From the NCBI GenBank assembly GCA_015233335.1, contig JADFXX010000001.1, positions 70,302-134,301 on the forward strand: a DNA stretch of 64,000 nt, in the 5' to 3' direction. The notes below the pieces were generated by a model. It was not told the origin of the DNA. It did not search any database and saw nothing but the letters and a program-made list of their open reading frames with translations. The stretch is from Candidatus Omnitrophota bacterium. Lineage in GTDB: Bacteria > Omnitrophota > Gorgyraeia > Zapsychrales > Fredricksoniimonadaceae. This document shows positions 61,355-64,000 of the stretch, piece by piece; position 1 is the stretch's first letter; every line of letters begins with the position of its first letter. A program made the translations under genes and the position numbers.

Positions 61355-62829
61355 ACGTATAATTTCTCGTTACGGGAGGTTTCCTCAAATTTGCTGATAT
61401 TGCTCATAAAGTCTTTCACGCACAATTTGACCAGATTATCATAAGAACTATCCATAATGCGATGGATGCGCTCAGGCTTCGAATAAAATTCCCTCATGCA
61501 CCAAGAGCCCCAACGGCCCACTTCTTCGATGGTCAAAAACTTGGTTGGAATGACCGGGTGCTGAAAATCCCACTCTTTTAGATTGATCTTCTTGGGATCA
61601 AAAAAACCGTTGCTTAGGCTCTTTCGCCAAATGGGAGAGCCCGGCACCGGCGTCACATAATCAAGCGCCAGGATATCAGGGTCAATTTCCTCAGCCACAC
61701 GCAGGCGCTCCTTGATCTTCTTTTCATCGTCTTCCTCAAGGCCGATCAGCACCGTGCCGACGGTCGCCACATTATTAGCACGCAGAATATCAACAGTGCT
61801 TTTAATTTCCTCTAAAGTGACCCCTTTACCGATGCGGGTCAATTCAATATCTGACGCCACCTCGACACCAACCAGCCCCATGAATAATCCCGCACGGGCC
61901 ATCAAGGGGACCAAGTCTTTCTGTTTCTTCCAGTCATCCGCACGGCCTAAACAGACCCACTGAACAGGGTTCCCCCGGCGTATCTTCTCCTCGCAAAAGG
62001 CCTTAACAACCTGGGGGTTCACATTAAAAGCATCATCCTGAAAAACAACCACTTTGATACCATATGTATTATATAGCAGATCAAGTTCATCATTGATGCG
62101 TTGGGCCGAAAGTCCGCGCCATGAAGTAAAATCCTTGGTTGACGAGCGCGGATCATACAAGCTCCATTCATAACAAAAATGACACCCTCCCGGACATCCG
62201 CGCGAGGTCATCAATTCCGCAAAAGGCTTCCAATACGTATGCCCGACGTATTTATCCATGGGAAACAGGTCATAGGCCGGCATCGGCAAAATATTAAGGT
62301 CGGGTATCAAACCACGGTGAGGCCCGATGACAATGTTTCCCTGATCATCCCTTGAAACCAATCCCGCGATATTCCGAAGGACGCCAGGGCCCTGATTCAG
62401 AGACTTTAACAGGTCTGCGAAGGTCAGCTCCGCCTCACCCACTAAAATAAAATCGATCGACGGATTTTCTTCCATCGACTCATGAGAGTAGGAAGAGTAC
62501 CACAAACCACCCATGACAGTTTTGGTCTTCGGCAGGATCTTTTTAATCTCTTTTGCGCTTTCATTAAAATGCCAGATAACCGCCAGGCCTCCTGTCGAAT
62601 GTAAAAGGTCGCCGAATACGACGACATCAGGCTTGATCGCCTGCACACGTTCAAGCATAGCAGGATAATCCAAGTCCATGGCCCGGCAGTCTAATACCTC
62701 AACTTGGGCCAATTGCTGTTGGCGGACGTATGCAGCTAATTGCGCGTAAAACTGATTGGGAGCTTTGTGATTACCGTGGGTTGCCCATGCACCGATGGGA
62801 GGGGTGAGAAACAAAACCTTAGTGTTCAT
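61351..62829 (-). CDS. class B (cobalamin-binding domain) radical SAM enzyme
   Basis: 492 aa. N-terminal B12-binding-like Rossmann segment (PDVVVFGD...VMGG...), then SRGCPGGCHFCYEW. 4-nt overlap with the downstream rSAM gene. Confidence 0.8.
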   Translation of the reverse strand: MNTKVLFLTPPIGAWATHGNHKAPNQFYAQLAAYVRQQQLAQVEVLDCRAMDLDYPAMLERVQAIKPDVVVFGDLLHSTGGLAVIWHFNESAKEIKKILPKTKTVMGGLWYSSYSHESMEENPSIDFILVGEAELTFADLLKSLNQGPGVLRNIAGLVSRDDQGNIVIGPHRGLIPDLNILPMPAYDLFPMDKYVGHTYWKPFAELMTSRGCPGGCHFCYEWSLYDPRSSTKDFTSWRGLSAQRINDELDLLYNTYGIKVVVFQDDAFNVNPQVVKAFCEEKIRRGNPVQWVCLGRADDWKKQKDLVPLMARAGLFMGLVGVEVASDIELTRIGKGVTLEEIKSTVDILRANNVATVGTVLIGLEEDDEKKIKERLRVAEEIDPDILALDYVTPVPGSPIWRKSLSNGFFDPKKINLKEWDFQHPVIPTKFLTIEEVGRWGSWCMREFYSKPERIHRIMDSSYDNLVKLCVKDFMSNISKFEETSRNEKLYV

Positions 62830-62910
62830 ATGAAAAACCTGGCCTTTCTTACTTAAAATTAGTATGGATTAAAATACTAAAATAATAAATAGGACAACCT
62901 ACGCAAACAC

Positions 62911-64000
62911 CTACGTAGTACCACGTAAAGAATAAATCCTCCAAATAGTAACAATTAAAAAAATCAGCTCACAGACAGCATAGACGATCAAACCGGTGGC
63001 GACTCCGGATGTAAAACCGTAAGAATGAAGACCCACGCTTAAAAGATTAACCCCGAACCATGCCCACATGACTACCATGAGGCCGATAACAGCACCGACG
63101 GCAAGCTCCCGAGGGCCGATCAAGGAAGACACCTTGGCATGTAACAGCATGGCAATCCACAAAACAATCATCAAAGCCCCGTTTTCTTTAGGGTCCCATC
63201 CCCAAAACCTGCCCCAGCTTTGGTCTGCCCAAATGCCCCCTAAATTTGTTCCCAAAAAAGTCATGGTCAAAGCAAGTCCTAAAATACCTAGGGTCGTTTT
63301 GTATGTTTGATCAAGCACAAGAGTATCCCGGCGAAATGCCGCCCCTAAAAGCCACATATGACCGAGGAGTCCCGCCACACAAGCGGCCCCATAACCCATG
63401 GTAATGGTTGTAACATGGGTCGCCAGCCAAAAATTGGAATTAAGGACAGCCACAAGCATCCCCATCGTGTCCCCTTCCATGCTGTATTTATTGGCAATAA
63501 ACAACATCGCAGTACCGCCGATAGCTGCGGTTATGATTCCAAGCCACTGTTTGTTATAAAACTCGATGGCCAACCCCAAAAAAACAGCTATGAATCCGAC
63601 GAAGATAAAAGTCTCATAAAGACTGGCCACAGGCGGTCGGTCCATAATGATAATACGCGCGATTAGCCCCCAAGCATGTGGGAGTACCCCGGCTAAGACG
63701 CTCCACAACCCCAAACGATACCAGATCACCTTTGGTGAAGAAAAAGAGATCACAAAAAAAATAAATGCCAGAATATAGAGCACAATAGACCAGGTAAAAG
63801 GGCCGGTTGCCTGGTACAACAACTCCAGAGGAAAGGTGTTTGTCTTTTTAAGATCATCTTTTGAAAGCAGGCTGCAAACAGCGTTTGAATAGGAATGAGC
63901 GGCCACACTGAATTCAACATCATCGCCCCGCAGATAACTGTGGGTCATGTCCTCCCAAAATTTGACCAGCTGCGGATTAGAGCTATTACTTTTTTTAAAT
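62911..64000 (-). CDS. ccsA: cytochrome c biogenesis protein CcsA/ResC (system II), 5' end outside window
   Basis: Trp-rich haem-handling motif WADQSWGRFWGWDPKENGAL plus flanking His residues. The frame stays open upstream of Met 63948 to the window edge (…FKKSNSSNPQLVKFWEDMTHSY…), so the gene is probably longer, possibly a CcsB-CcsA fusion. Confidence 0.85.
   Translation of the reverse strand, partial: FKKSNSSNPQLVKFWEDMTHSYLRGDDVEFSVAAHSYSNAVCSLLSKDDLKKTNTFPLELLYQATGPFTWSIVLYILAFIFFVISFSSPKVIWYRLGLWSVLAGVLPHAWGLIARIIIMDRPPVASLYETFIFVGFIAVFLGLAIEFYNKQWLGIITAAIGGTAMLFIANKYSMEGDTMGMLVAVLNSNFWLATHVTTITMGYGAACVAGLLGHMWLLGAAFRRDTLVLDQTYKTTLGILGLALTMTFLGTNLGGIWADQSWGRFWGWDPKENGALMIVLWIAMLLHAKVSSLIGPRELAVGAVIGLMVVMWAWFGVNLLSVGLHSYGFTSGVATGLIVYAVCELIFLIVTIWRIYSLRGTT

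Noticed and set aside
1-64000. Scan for rRNA, tRNA, CRISPR arrays, transposases/integrases, prophage genes, and toxin-antitoxin or defence-island hallmarks
   Set aside because: I found no regularly spaced direct repeats, no cloverleaf-like intergenic sequences, and no DDE, tyrosine- or serine-recombinase motifs. All intergenic gaps are under 340 bp. The only mobile-element-like object is the 169-bp palindrome, which is reported separately.

Overview
Compact, gene-dense bacterial chromosomal window. I could not recognise any rRNA, tRNA, CRISPR array, transposase or integrase. Long co-directional, often overlapping minus-strand gene strings suggest a streamlined genome from an uncultivated anaerobe or microaerophile. 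A family-level resemblance of the 1,210-aa orphan protein to Omnitrophota-type proteins is only my recollection and is unverified.

Main blocks:
1. 0.3-11.4 kb: a 2,465-aa enediyne-PKS-like iterative type I polyketide synthase (KS-AT-ACP-KR-DH-PPTase) with a fused tandem hot-dog thioesterase and an N-terminal HTH-like extension. It is translationally coupled to a polytopic GAF histidine kinase, a CheY-like regulator and a GAF/HD-GYP phosphodiesterase.
2. 11.6-15.2 kb: a divergent 1,210-aa orphan protein with a methyltransferase fold.
3. 15-28 kb: housekeeping genes, namely yraN, hemH, an atypical RNR large subunit, SOD, Tpx, menB/A/C/E plus a hot-dog thioesterase, HIT, and xseAB.
4. 28.4-37.7 kb: an orphan lipid-type cluster with KAS, ACP, alpha/beta hydrolase, HAD phosphatase, class-III aminotransferase, FemAB-like acyltransferase, a pair of half-size EamA transporters and a membrane-fused aminopropyltransferase.
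5. 41.2-54.1 kb: what I consider the most interesting system, a putative complete extracellular-electron-transfer island. It holds a divergent ImcH-like 7-haem cytochrome and a CbcL-like 19-haem/cytochrome-b fusion. It also holds an operon encoding a monohaem cytochrome, an MtrA-like 8-haem cytochrome, an MtrB/PioB-like porin, a cytochrome-c/FeS/NrfD quinone module and a tetrahaem cytochrome, followed by tatA and tatC. I count 43 haem-binding motifs in the island. hemA, hemH, ccsA and the men genes lie in the same window.
6. 54-64 kb: regulators, nrdDG, two radical-SAM genes and ccsA.

Non-coding signals: a repeated GTGTCATTGCGA...CGAAGCAATCT element upstream of both cytochrome units, a 169-bp near-perfect hairpin, and a palindromic operator over the PKS promoter. 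All functional calls rest on motifs read by eye; no searches were run.
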